Shown: positions 1 to 11,938 of the stretch, one piece after another
How the letters are laid out: every line of letters starts with the position of its first letter
Numbering within the stretch: the stretch's first letter is position 1
Assembly: GCA_004022145.1 (NCBI GenBank)
Contig: RCNU01000002.1
DNA: 64,000 nucleotides
Direction: 5' to 3' (one strand)
DNA from: Paecilomyces variotii
Lineage: Eukaryota
Notes under the pieces: generated by a model
What the model was told of the DNA's origin: nothing
The model's input: only the letters and a program-made list of their open reading frames with translations
The model's database searches: none
Program-made: the position numbers and the translations under genes

Positions 1-26
1 TCCTTCAGACGAGAATAAACGCTGAA

Positions 27-33
27 TCACGTG
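27..33. promoter_or_regulatory. TCACGTG E-box (Cbf1-like) upstream of methionine synthase
   Basis: Exact TCACGTG about 460 bp upstream of the MET6 ATG. This is the Cbf1 site of yeast MET genes; function here is untested. Confidence 0.25.
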
Positions 34-485
34 CCTGGAGATCGACATAAGATTCCCTAGTGACACTAGCACTACCAAAGTCCGAGACTCTGCCGGTCTA
101 GCATAGGCTGCATAGCAGAAGTGTCCGAATAGGGGCCCTCGATTGCGCGATTTCCGGTGGAAACAGAAATTATTAAGAGCTAGACGCTCTGGATTCCGTG
201 ACCGGCACGATTCTGACGAGTCAGGCTCACCGACGTCCCGTCCGTAGCTTCGCCGCGGGGATCTCCTCCCGCTGCCCCAGTCCGGCGTTTCGGGGCTACG
301 TATATCCGTGACCAGATCTGACTGTCATCGCGGGGCTTAGAAAAACTCTTTCCCCCTCCTCTGCGTCCTTTTTTTTCTTCTTTCTTTCCTCATCACTCTT
401 CCTTCTCTCATATTTGGCTTCTTTTTGCTTGGAAGTCAAATATTTTCTACCTATTTTATTCCATTCTTTGTCATACAGAGCCACA

Positions 486-2792
486 ATGGTTCAGTCTTCC
501 GTTCTGGGTTTCCCCCGTATGGGAGCCCTGAGAGACCTCAAGAAGGCTACTGAGGCTTACTGGGCGGACAAGATCTCTCAGGCTGATCTCCTGGCTGAGG
601 GAAAGAGACTCCGTGCTGCTCACTGGAAGATCCAGAAGGATGCCGGTGTCGACATCATCCCTTCCAATGACTTCTCGTACTACGACCAGGTCCTTGACCA
701 CATCCAGCTCTTCGGTGCTGTTCCTGAGCGTTACAGCGCTCAGAAACTGAGCCCCCTCGACGAGTACTTCGCCATGGGCCGTGGTCACCAGAAGGGTGGT
801 GTTGATGTGCCCTCTCTGGAGATGGTGAAATGGTTTGACAGCAACTACCACTACACCAAGCCCACCGTTAAGGATGGCCAGACTTTCACCCTGGCCAAGG
901 ACCCTAAGCCCGTCCGGGAGTTCCTCGAGGCCAAGGAGGCCGGAATCAATACCAGACCCGTTATTCTGGGACCTGTCTCTTTCCTTGCTCTGGGAAAGGC
1001 CGACCGTGGTTCCACCGTCGACCCCATTTCCCTGATTGACAAGCTTGTCCCCGTGTATGTCGAGCTTCTCAAGGCTCTCAAGGCTGCTGGTGCAGACAAT
1101 GTTCAGATCGACGAGCCGGTTCTTGTTTTCGATCTGAGACCCGAGGTCAAGGCTGCTTTCAAGCCTGCCTACGAGACCATTGGATCCCTCGGTGCTGCCG
1201 CACCTGAGCTCATCGTGGCCACTTACTTTGGAGACATTGTTCACAACTTCGATGTTCTGCCTGCTTTTGCCAACCTTAAGGGTATTCACGTTGATCTGGT
1301 TCGCAACCCCGAGCAGCTTGAGCCGGTTATCAAGCAGCTCGGTCCCAAGCAGATTCTGTCTGCTGGTGTCGTTGACGGACGTAACATCTGGAAGAACGAC
1401 TTCAAGAAGACTCTTGACATCCTCAACACCGCCATCAGCGCCCTCGGCAAGGAGCGTGTCATTGTTGCTACTTCCAGCTCCCTCCTCCACGTTCCCCACA
1501 CCCTCGCCAACGAGAAGAAGCTGCCCGAGGAAGTCTACCAGTGGTTCTCCTTCGCCGTCGAGAAGGTCCGTGAAGTCGCGATCCTTGCCAAGGCTGTTAC
1601 CGAAGGCCCTGCCTCTGTTCAGTCCGAGCTTGACGCCAACGCTGCTGCCATCAAGTCTCGTGCTGAATCTCAGCGTACCAACGACCCCAAGGTTAAGGAA
1701 CGCCAGAGCCAGGTCACTCCTGAGATGCACAACCGCAAGTCTCCATTCGAGACTCGCTATGCTCAGCAGAAGAAGCACCTCAGCATTCCCCTCTTCCCTA
1801 CGACCACTATCGGCTCCTTCCCCCAGACTCAGGAGATCAGAATCCAGAGAAACAAGTTCACCAAGGGTGAGATCACTCAGGAGCAGTATGACGCATTCAT
1901 CCGCAGCGAGATCGACAAGTGCATCCAGATTCAGGATGAGCTTGGCCTTGACGTCTACGTGCACGGTGAGGCCGAGCGTAACGACATGGTGCAGTACTTC
2001 GGAGAGAGACTCGAGGGTTACGTTTTCACGACCCACGCTTGGGTCCAGTCTTACGGATCTCGATGCGTTCGTCCCCCGATCATTGTCGGTGATATCTCCC
2101 GCCCCGCTGCTATGACTGTCAAGGAGAGCAAGTACGCTGCCTCGGTCTCTAAGAAGCCTATGAAGGGTATGCTTACTGGACCCGTTACTTGCCTTCGGTG
2201 GTCCTTCCCTCGTGTCGACGTCCACCAGTCTGTTCAGGCCCAGCAGCTTGCCCTTGCCCTCCGTGACGAGGTTGTTGACCTTGAGAAGAATGGCATTTAC
2301 GTCATTCAGGTTGACGAGCCAGCCCTTCGTGAAGGTCTGCCCCTTCGCTCTGGCAAGGAGCGCGATGCCTACTTGAAGTGGGCTGTCGACAGCTTCAAGC
2401 TCTCCACTGCTGGTGTTGAGGATTCCACTCAGATCCATTCCCACTTCTGCTACTCTGAGTTCCAGGACTTCTTCCACGCCATTGCTGCTCTTGATGCTGA
2501 TGTCCTCTCCATCGAGAACTCCAAATCCGACGCCAAGCTTCTCAAGGTCTTCATCGACGAGGCTTACCCTCGCCACATCGGACCTGGTGTCTACGATATC
2601 CACACTCCTCGTGTCCCCTCTGAGGAGGAGATCAAGCAGCGCATCTCTGAGATGCTTCAGTACCTCAAGCCCGAGCAGTTGTGGGTCAACCCCGACTGTG
2701 GTCTGAAGACCAGAACCTGGGATCAGGTCAAGCCTGCTCTGACCAACATGGTCAACGCTGCCAAGTCTTTCCGTGAGCAGTACAAGGCTTAA
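486..2792 (+). CDS. MET6: Cobalamin-independent methionine synthase (5-methyltetrahydropteroyltriglutamate-homocysteine methyltransferase)
   Basis: Start MVQSSVLGFPRMG in CACAATGG context. Motifs KWFDSNYHY, TTTIGSFPQT, HGEAERNDMVQYF, WVQSYGSRCVRPP, Zn ligands HFCYSE and WVNPDCGLKTR. No intron in CDS; strong C-ending codon bias. Confidence 0.98.
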   Translation: MVQSSVLGFPRMGALRDLKKATEAYWADKISQADLLAEGKRLRAAHWKIQKDAGVDIIPSNDFSYYDQVLDHIQLFGAVPERYSAQKLSPLDEYFAMGRGHQKGGVDVPSLEMVKWFDSNYHYTKPTVKDGQTFTLAKDPKPVREFLEAKEAGINTRPVILGPVSFLALGKADRGSTVDPISLIDKLVPVYVELLKALKAAGADNVQIDEPVLVFDLRPEVKAAFKPAYETIGSLGAAAPELIVATYFGDIVHNFDVLPAFANLKGIHVDLVRNPEQLEPVIKQLGPKQILSAGVVDGRNIWKNDFKKTLDILNTAISALGKERVIVATSSSLLHVPHTLANEKKLPEEVYQWFSFAVEKVREVAILAKAVTEGPASVQSELDANAAAIKSRAESQRTNDPKVKERQSQVTPEMHNRKSPFETRYAQQKKHLSIPLFPTTTIGSFPQTQEIRIQRNKFTKGEITQEQYDAFIRSEIDKCIQIQDELGLDVYVHGEAERNDMVQYFGERLEGYVFTTHAWVQSYGSRCVRPPIIVGDISRPAAMTVKESKYAASVSKKPMKGMLTGPVTCLRWSFPRVDVHQSVQAQQLALALRDEVVDLEKNGIYVIQVDEPALREGLPLRSGKERDAYLKWAVDSFKLSTAGVEDSTQIHSHFCYSEFQDFFHAIAALDADVLSIENSKSDAKLLKVFIDEAYPRHIGPGVYDIHTPRVPSEEEIKQRISEMLQYLKPEQLWVNPDCGLKTRTWDQVKPALTNMVNAAKSFREQYKA

Positions 2793-3864
2793 ACATGCCT
2801 TATAACTTCTTTCAGGAACTTATCAGTTCCATTTCCTTTTCAACAAACTTTCAACACATTATGAATTTGAGATGATGAGATGATGATGATACCCCAAAAT
2901 AGGCGCCATTCTCAACGCGGCGTTTTTTCGGGCATGGAGACGATCAAGCTATATTTGCTTCAACAAGTTGCAATTGGGTGGTTAGGGAATAGGCGTTCAA
3001 CATGTCTGAGACTATGATCCCTTCAACAAGAGATCCAGTCCTGAGCTAGCATAAAAGCGGATTTGATGTATTAAACGGCGTCACAAAATAGAATTTCTAA
3101 TGGTGCAGGCTTATGGAACCGCATGGACGGTCCGCAGCCTGCTCGATATCAGCACCACAGGTTTCCTCCGGGAATTAACTCTTTTTTTTTCGTATTTCTT
3201 CACACGTCATTGGCATCATTAATCTTGCAACTTTAGTAGGCCTCAGAAGCGTTGGTTTTCCATACTTCACGCTGTATGTACGCTCGGTAATTCCTAGACG
3301 CGAGACAGTATTCACATTAACAGACCCTTTTGTTAATTCCAAGAATTGCAAACAGACGTAGTAGCGGAGTTAAGTAATACTTGAATATATGGAGATCATC
3401 TAGAATTGCTGCTTAAGGGGTAAAAAAAAAAAGAGAGAGAGAGAAATCGTAGGACGCTCTGTAAGTATGGTCTGCCGTGATCTTGTTCTTATTGGCTCCC
3501 CACTGTCAAGGTCGAACCGAGCGCCGTCATCATCCGGGTCGCTGCAAGCTCTACCTAATAATAGCTGCACTGCTACTAGCAAGATCTGTATCTTTGCAAA
3601 GACTATACCATACCTTCAACGGCCATCTTCCTGGGATCCATTTTTCGTGTTCCGAGGAAAATATTCGCTGTCAGGGTCGAAGAGAAACACTTGCTACAAT
3701 TCACTTGCAGTGAGCGAGAGCGATGGTCCAATGACAGCAGCCGTCAGGACACAGGAACTGTCCAAAACCTCACAGACGATCCGGGGCAGGACAATAGAGC
3801 ACCAAGGAGTCATTTCTCCTATACTTCCATCAGACTCTGTGAAGATTCACAATCCCTACCCATA

Positions 3865-5349
3865 ATGTCGGCAGACTTGTTGGCCGAATTCGGCTCGGGC
3901 TCGGGCTCGGAGCCTACTCAAAATGCCTCGAGGCAGTCGCAACAACGTTTTCAGAATGTTTCTCTCATTCCTGATCTCGATTTCTCCGGAGATGTCCCGG
4001 CACAGCCTTCCAGCAGTGACTCAAAGACCGTTAACTTTGGGTCATTTCAAGGAGCAGGGCACACCAGTGCCAAATCACCTATTTCAAGCCCGCCTTTGGC
4101 CGAGAGTATTTGGCGCCACGACGACAGTGGTGCTGATGTCTTGTTTGATGCGACCATTGAAGATGCTCCTCCTGATGACGATGATGAATGGGGTGAATTT
4201 GAGGCCCCAGAGACTACGCCTGATGACCAGGAAGATGTCTTCGCCCCAAACGTGAGCTCTGCTCCGAAGGTGACCCCTGCACCAAATCTGGCTTTCGCCC
4301 AAACTGCGGCAGCCCCAAGAGCACCAATTGGCACAAATTCGACTAGTAAAACTGTATCTGGAAGCTCTTCTGGAGTTACCCATTTGATGGATCTACTGTC
4401 AGTCGAAGATAACGCACCGCCAGTCGAAACGAGGCAACCGTCCGCAAGTATAAACGGCAAAATTTCTACGGAAGATCGTTCAAGTCCCCGAGGCAACACT
4501 CTAAGTACTCTGCAAGCGCCTATTGCCAAGGACGAGCAAGATTCCTTCGATGAATGGGGAGACTTTGTTGATGCCGACGATTGGAAACCTACCACCCAAG
4601 AGCCACTCCCTGATACGCAAGTTAAGAAACAGAACTCGAGTAAGCGCACTGTGAATGATACACCAGCGCCTTCACTCCCTGCAGCTGCGAGTTCCAGAAG
4701 TGCACGCACGCCTCAGACAAGCCAGGTCTCGCAATCACAGGTTCGACCGACCAATATACCTCCACCATCTGTATTACTACAGTTGTTTCCTCCACTATTT
4801 GAGCGCCTTCAAGAAGATACTACTGAAGCAAAGAAAGATCCCAATAAAGGCGCGATGTCCCTCTATTTGGTCCTCAACCTTGCTTGTACACTGAAAGTGG
4901 CTTCCAGAATCATTGCTGGCCGCACTCTAAGATGGAAAAGAGACATTGTACTAAGCCAGAGCACTAAGATCGGCCCGGCTCGTTCTGGAAAGCAAGGCGG
5001 GATGAAGCTCAGTTCTGTCAGCAAAAGTGAGAACGTTAAGGAGGAGCAGGAGGCTGTGGAAGTACTAGACGCCTGGCGTCGACGGGCTGCGTTATTCAAC
5101 TCTTTGATAATATCAGCTGGGGAGCGTCCAATCCCAGTTATAGCAGTGCATGCACCTGTGGATACTGTAAAGGGTGCCTTGAAGGCCCCGCATGCATGCG
5201 CCCTGTGCGGGTTGAAGAGAGACGAACGATTGCCAAAGATCGATGACAACGCTCAAGACAGTTTTGGAGAGTGGTGGGCAGAATACTGGGGACATACCGA
5301 CTGCAAGCAATTCTGGGAAGAACACTCCAAGTCCCTGAATCAACGCTGA
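3865..5349 (+). CDS. Conserved fungal hypothetical protein (disordered N-terminus with DEWGDF-type motifs, Cys/His C-terminal domain)
   Basis: ATG at 3865 (MSADLLAEFG). Acidic DDEWGEF and DEWGDF motifs; conserved-looking C-terminus RIIAGRTLRWKRD...CALCGLKRDER...DSFGEWW...WGHTDC. Confidence 0.8.
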   Translation: MSADLLAEFGSGSGSEPTQNASRQSQQRFQNVSLIPDLDFSGDVPAQPSSSDSKTVNFGSFQGAGHTSAKSPISSPPLAESIWRHDDSGADVLFDATIEDAPPDDDDEWGEFEAPETTPDDQEDVFAPNVSSAPKVTPAPNLAFAQTAAAPRAPIGTNSTSKTVSGSSSGVTHLMDLLSVEDNAPPVETRQPSASINGKISTEDRSSPRGNTLSTLQAPIAKDEQDSFDEWGDFVDADDWKPTTQEPLPDTQVKKQNSSKRTVNDTPAPSLPAAASSRSARTPQTSQVSQSQVRPTNIPPPSVLLQLFPPLFERLQEDTTEAKKDPNKGAMSLYLVLNLACTLKVASRIIAGRTLRWKRDIVLSQSTKIGPARSGKQGGMKLSSVSKSENVKEEQEAVEVLDAWRRRAALFNSLIISAGERPIPVIAVHAPVDTVKGALKAPHACALCGLKRDERLPKIDDNAQDSFGEWWAEYWGHTDCKQFWEEHSKSLNQR

Positions 5350-6809
5350 CTTAGGCTATCTCCTCTCCACCATCCCTGATCGCGAACAGCTCGAGGGGAC
5401 TTGGGCAATATGTCTGAGTGTATCATTGTCCAAGATACCCAATGGCTCTGCTACTCCTCACCATTTCCGATATATGATCTTATGACAGTCAATACGAAAT
5501 TAAACCATCTATGTTCATGCCATTGTCACCATTTGCCGTAAACCTCCAAGTGTGATTACCAGCAGCCCATCCGGAGCAAGGATACGAACTCTAGTCGATG
5601 CGGCTTCAAGTTGATTACAAGGTCACGGTATTTATAGTCGCTTCAGTATACGTCTGTCATGGAAACATAGCTGACGTCGGATCGCTATAAATAGTAACAT
5701 AGTATCGTTTCGAATATGGTCCTGCAGGACTCGTTAATCTGTAAGCCAATGTTTTAAAATTGTTGTTGTATAGGAATATTGTAACCACATCCAGCTAATC
5801 TACAACCAGGAGGTCTTAACTATGCAAGGTAGACAGGATTCTCTGTGTAAGTCCATGTGAGCTCGTCAAGGTGTGGATATTTACTAGAAGCGGCGTGCCG
5901 GATAAGGAACGATAGGGGGGAGTTGGTCGGCGGGTTACTGATAAGCAGGCACGACTCGAGATAGCTGGATGGCCTCCCGATCCGGGTGCTGGTAGGGCAA
6001 TCCAGTGCTCGTGCTACACAGTATCTTAGCCTCTTTTGACTTCTCTCTCATTTCTCTTTAAAATGACCATGATCCGAATCCATCTGTCTTAGTCGCGCGT
6101 GGGCCGAAGCTTCTTCCCATGGGGTTCCAGTTGCACCAAAGTTAAGCGTGACACCGCCCGGCGGGTGCTTCTTCCACCCCGGCAGTGCAAGTCACCCGAT
6201 AACTCCATCCTGCCATCTCTCTCGTCCCCGCGACGATCCAAGATCCTGAGTCAGAGGCCTCATTTGGAGCGATAGGGTGGTGAGCCCGTCAACCCGGATA
6301 GGTACTTGAAACCACCACATCCCGCCAGACCTACAGCCCACGGCCGAACGCACGGGTGCCACCTTTCAGGCTTCAGCTCACTTACTGCGGCGATCCTTCA
6401 GGAAGGAACTCCGCATAAGAGAGCCGTCGTTCTGGTTATACAGTTCCAGGCTGTCCTGAGCTGAACGCAGTGACATTCTAGGACTGTGATCCAGCTGAAA
6501 CTGGTTCCTCTTTAAGTGATCATCTTCCCCGGACAGCGGGTGGCTATCAGAATCCAGATTCCCCGCGCGGCACGAGTCTCTACCACAACCTCAACCCACG
6601 CAACATCTCTCAGAAAGAGCTTTACGAGGATTTCCAGTCTTCAAATCGCTCTCGTACGCTGGTACTAGAGTTCCGATAGAGTTCCGACTACCCGCCCAGA
6701 AGAAAATCCGCCAGCACCTCTTATTAGGCCTCCGGAGGCTGACGGTACAACGCCCCCTTCCAGGCAAGACGTGCAGGACATAGCATACATAAGGGAAAGA
6801 GCCGACATC

Positions 6810-7227
6810 ATGGGTCTCTCGTACAACGTCTACCTCACTTCGAATAAGATTTTTGGGTGCAAGCACTGCAAAACGCACTTGGCGGACTACAACGATATCA
6901 TCAGCCGGGTAAGCAGGCCTCCAGTGTCTTTTGTATGACTGGCCGTTTGGTCGGTTCCACGGGAGCTTTCGCTGATTGCTCTTGGATGTCTAGAATTTCC
7001 GCGGTCAGCATGGTAAAGCGTACTTGTTCAACACAGTAGTCAACATCACCCAAGCCGAGGCCGTCGAACGCAACATGACGACTGGTCGACATGTGGTCCG
7101 AGACATCGCCTGCAGGCAGTGCAAAGAGACGGTAGGGTGGAAATATGACAAAGCATACGAAGGCAGTGAGAAGTACAAGGAAGGGAAATTCATCCTAGAA
7201 GAGGAGCTACTCTGCGTGGTGTGCTAG
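6810..7227 (+). CDS. Yippee/Moh1 family zinc-binding protein (2 exons; intron 6909-6993)
   Basis: MGLSYNVYL...FGCKHCKTHLA...ISR|NFRGQHGKAYLFN...MTTGRHVVRDIACRQC...GWKYDKAYEGSEKYKEGKFILE. GTAAGC...CTGAT...TAG intron restores the frame. Confidence 0.95.
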
Positions 7228-9019
7228 AAGCACGGCTATCTGCGGAAGGGCTCGCTCGAGAGACTCCCAGGGAGCCCAGATTGGAATGAACCTTCGTTGG
7301 CGCTCAGGACGAAATACGATTCAACAATCCCATCAGACCTTCTGGAAGGCGCAATAACTTGATTTCGTTTCGGTGGATGGTCCGGACGAAGGCGTTTGAG
7401 GGAAACATGCACCTTCATCAGAACATTCGGAGTTGACTGGAAGACTTGGAGGCTTGAGATTTAGGCGCGATTTGACGTTTAGCTTGGTGAAATCATGAAC
7501 TCTCCCACTGTTACTCTCACATCGTCATGGACGATTTACATGTCAGTCTTGCATTTTCATGTTGTTCCATCCTGGGATTATAGATTTTCGCAACAGCTTT
7601 GGATTCCAAAAATCTTCAGTTCATTATATCAGAATGAACGCTTGTTAGGATGCCGGACTACTTGTAACTCCGACGAGGCAGCAAGGGAACTTGATATATG
7701 CGTAATATGAATGAAATATCATCGATACTCCCTGTGCGAGCATATCTTGCGGCCGGGGCCGGATAAGCAGAGGGTTAGTGATAGGACCTATAATCCCAGC
7801 CGTCGTTAGGGACTATGTAGTAGTCTTATCAAGGCAGTATAAATATCTCCTGAGACTTGACCCCTATAACTCCATCAAGGCGTGATGGTCGGTCGTGAAT
7901 TAACTAACCGACAAAGCTTCGGCTCTGTCCGTCCAACGCCTGTCACACGCAAGTACTCTTAACAATCCCGTCCATCCCCTAACTCACTCCTTCGGGCTTA
8001 GAAGCAAACGCACTGCCCCTCCCCCGCACTTTTTCTTTTGCTTTTCAGCCAACCCTGCAAAGGAATGACGCTTCGCTTCGATCATTTGGTCGTAGTTCAT
8101 AGAGTGAAAATGCACATGCAGGAGAAGATTATTGGTCTCTCATACGATACAACATTCAGCCTTGAGAAGGTTGAATCAATTTCTTGCCTGGATGGGTTAC
8201 CTAGCTGAGAAGGGGGAAAAAACGGAATAATCTCGGTCCGAGAAGTAATCAAATACCTAGTATCAAACAACCCTTTTCGGGACACAAAAAAAAAGGCGCC
8301 AAATAAGGAACAAGTACGTACTACTTTTCGCGGTAATTAGCTAGTAGTAGTAAATGAAGGATTGGGAGGTGACTGTCGAATACTCGCGATTACTGGATCG
8401 ATCGGACTCCATGTGGACATTCGGGATGAAATGCGAAGTGGCCCAACTGGGGCACTTCGGAGGAAACGCCGGATGGCCAAGAAATGATGGTAGTGATGGT
8501 GGTCATGGATAGATGCGGCAATAATGCGTGAAGTTGAGAATAATATGTTGGATACAACTGCATTTCTGTTTTGATACTATAAGTCAGATCGGGATTGTTG
8601 CCGATATAAAGATTGATCTTACTACTTACACTAATTATCATCTTAGCCCAAGAGCAGGGGTCTTTCTCCTAAGTAAATACCGTATAATACATCATGGTTC
8701 CAACTTCCTAGAGTGCCCCGGGTTCCCCGCTTCGGGATCCAGAGAATGGTTTGCTTGGATCCCAGAACCGCAGACTCCTGTAGATCGGTCATCGTATCCC
8801 AAGAAGAAAAAAAGTTCAAGTTCCAGAGCCGAGGGATCAACCCCGCTTCCCGCACCTCCGCAGATCCGTCTCGCTGGGATATAAAGATCGCATGGGACAA
8901 TAACACGCCTGGGGCGCTTGCTGTCTGAGAAAATTCGTCGCTATTTCCTTTCATTGGTGGCCCTTGGGATCTCTGCTGCGAGCTTCTAACACAGCCCGCG
9001 CCAAGATTTCCTGACTGTA

Positions 9020-9053
9020 CTCTCTCCTTCTCTCTCTCTCTCTCTCTCTCTCT
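9020..9053. repeat. (CT)n microsatellite in the leader/promoter of the dehydrogenase
   Basis: Visible CT dinucleotide run. Confidence 0.85.
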
Positions 9054-9187
9054 TCGGCTCGGAGGTTGCGTAGCTTAACTATCAGGCTCGTGACTTGTAT
9101 CAGCGAACTGTTGGAGGATCAGGTTTTCCAAGGAAATCAGTGATACTTGAAAACAGCGGAGTTCGAACTCTGTGACAGATTAGGAAA

Positions 9188-10614
9188 ATGGCCACCAAAG
9201 ATACGATGAAGGCTGTCGTCTTTCACGGCCCAAAGAAGGTTGCTCTTGAGGAACGCCCAGTCCCCAAGATCCAGGACCCCACAGATATCATTGTCAAGGT
9301 GTCATATTCGGCGTTGTGCGGCAGGTAAGTAGAGATATGTTCCGTGTCCGGATGGTCTGCAAGCGACATCATATCCAAAAGGTCAGAAATTGCTAACTGA
9401 GGGGTAGCGAACTCCATGTGTACCGCGGTCACCAGAAGTCAGCACCAGGCTTCATTATGGGCCACGAGTTTACCGGTGAAGTGGTCGAGGCTGGCAGCGC
9501 AGTGAAGACAGTGAAGAAGGGAGATAGGATTGTGACTCCTTTCACGGTTTCTTGGTATGTAACCATCAGCCGCAGTCGATATAGAGTAAACGGGAGAGAT
9601 GCTATAAGTAGCTGTCTGTTGGACTTGCGGGGATTTAAACTAGTGGGGGATGACAGATCTTTGAGGACCTTGGTTGCTAACGTCAGTCCATTTTAAAAAC
9701 AATAGCGGCGAATGCTACTACTGCAAGCACGGCTTCTCCTCTCGATGCGAGAAGTGTCTTCTCTTCGGCTGCCCTCTGCTGGACGGAGGTCAGGCTGAAT
9801 ATGTGAGTGACCTCAACCATCATATTCCGGTTATTGCTTCTCAAACAGATACTAATCAAGTTCCTCATAGGCTAGAATTCCTCTCGCTGATGGAACCGTC
9901 ATGAAGGCCCCCGAGGGCATTGACGAGAAGGCCCTTGTCCTCATGGCCGACATCTTCCCCACCGGGTACTTTGCCGCTGCGAATGCTTTCAAGGAGTTCA
10001 AGAGAGAGGAGGTCGCCGATCTCACTGTGGTCCTCATCGGATGCGGACCGGTTGGTCTCTGTGCACTGATCAATGCACTCGAGTACAAGCCCAAGCATCT
10101 GCTTGCTGTCGACTCTGTGCCTTCGAGACTTGACCTTGCCAAGTCTCTCGGTGCTGAACCCTGGAACTTCCAGACTGACAGGCCAGGACTCGATAAGCGA
10201 GTCAAGGAGCTGACAGACGGACGCGGCGCGGACGTTGTTATTGAAGTCGTCGGACTGAGCCCTGCCCTGAGAACTGCTTTCGACCTGCTTCGACCGTGGG
10301 GAACTATCAGCAGTGTGGGAGTGCACAATGCAGAGATCCCGTGGACCGGAAACGAGGCCTACGGTAAGAACCTGAAGCTGCAGATGGGCCGCTGTCCCGT
10401 CAGATCCATCTTTCCTCAAGCGTTGGAGATGCTGAAGAAAAACCAACACAAGCTGGGGTAAGTGACCTGGAAACCCTGGGTGCGATTCATCGAGCTAACG
10501 AATATAACCAGATTCATGGCAGACAAGGTCATGCCTCTCAGCCAGGCCGTGGAGGGATACGATCTCTTTGATAATATGAAAGCTCAGAAGGTTATCTTCG
10601 AGGCCGACAAATAA
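9188..10614 (+). CDS. Zn-dependent medium-chain alcohol/formaldehyde dehydrogenase-like protein (5 exons; introns 9325-9407, 9555-9705, 9803-9870, 10458-10511)
   Basis: Catalytic ALCGSELH and MGHEFTG, structural Zn CGECYYCKHGFSSRC, ADIFPTG, Rossmann IGCGPVG. Canonical introns join all exons in frame. Confidence 0.93.
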
Positions 10615-11938
10615 AAAGCTTTCGCGCTCTCTGCAATATATTCAACGTTGCAGAGTTGTTTGAGCTGGTCTGCGTATCTGTCTGTTGGTAAATTACAATA
10701 GCAAGGCCAAGGCTCAGCCTATCTAATGAGAATTATGTGAAACTTGTATATTACCAGCCAAATATTCGTCATCATGCATACGTAGCAAGCTCAAAAGATG
10801 TCCTGCATGTATGGATATCGATTCAGATCGGGTATTTCTCGGCGTATATCGCAGTAAAGCCTCCGCCAGCGACCTGGATCTTGAGCATTCAAGCTCTCGG
10901 TTCACGTCATGAACAAGGAACCTAATAATCAAGAGATAATCCGGCACGGTGATTTGAGGAAGCGGAACGGACCAGCATTTGTTTAACTAACAGGGATAAG
11001 CGGTTGAAACGCGGATCTACACCAACGCCGGTCAGAAGCAGAAAGAACAAAGCGGGGTTAGCTCGAATTGCTCGATTAATCCCTCCTCTCGCTTGCACAT
11101 GGCGGGCGCAGCTTCGAGAAAAGAGGGAGAGAGGCGTGTGTCTATAACCAAAGTGTGGCGGGAAGAAAGCTAGTTTATTTAGCTGGTCTCCGGAGGCGGA
11201 CAAGAAGACCGTGGGACCATGTACTGGTACTGTACATAATGAGTAGAGAACACGCTGAAACGGATTATCCAGTTAATAAGAAAAGGACCAAAGCAGTATA
11301 CATTGGTGTTGGATGAAAAGAATAGGCTGAGAATAGACAGATGGTCATTGACAGAAGAAGAAGATGAAACATGCAAGCTCAGCAAGTTGTTCCTTCTGCG
11401 CGCTCACGCCTCCCACCACCAGCGCCCTCACTCTTCTCCATCCTCTCCGCCGCCTCCTCATCCTCACCTCTCACCTCCTCCTACCCACCCACATCTCTCT
11501 TCAACCACGCTTCTTTCATCCTCATCCTCTTTATCCCATCCTCTCCTCCTCTTCCTCCCTCAGCAACCCTTCTCTCCCCGCCGACTCTCCTCCCGAATCC
11601 TCTCCGTCGTCATTCTCCGCCCGCCACTTCTCCGATTCTCTATCCACCTTACGACCACCTCTCACCTCATCCCCCTCTTGCTTTGTGCCGGTATGTCCAT
11701 ATTTTCTTTATATCCGATCTTGTATCCGGAAACTTGCGTGCTGTTGTGTCTTTGAAGCACAGTGTCGCAGTTTCATGCTGTCGATAAGCAAATGCGCATT
11801 TTGGACTCGTTTGACCGTTCTTCATCTGCGGTGCCTCCAAACATCTGACGGCAGACACTGATCGGTCCTCCACCAGAATTACCCATCTTATCGTCGATCA
11901 AAGCTTATATATTTCGATAATTTGTCATTCTGTCAACA

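Noticed and set aside
300-340. Possible 41-nt 5'UTR intron upstream of MET6 (GTATAT...CTGAC...TAG)
   Set aside because: Very short with a weak donor; cannot be supported without transcript data.
471-2603. 710-aa antisense ORF (and 311-aa alternate-frame ORF at 1180-2115) over methionine synthase
   Set aside because: Expected shadow of strong codon bias in a highly expressed gene; no recognisable motifs.
11303-11861. Pro/Ser/Leu/His-rich ORFs in all three forward frames
   Set aside because: Artefact of a C/T-rich tract lacking stop codons.
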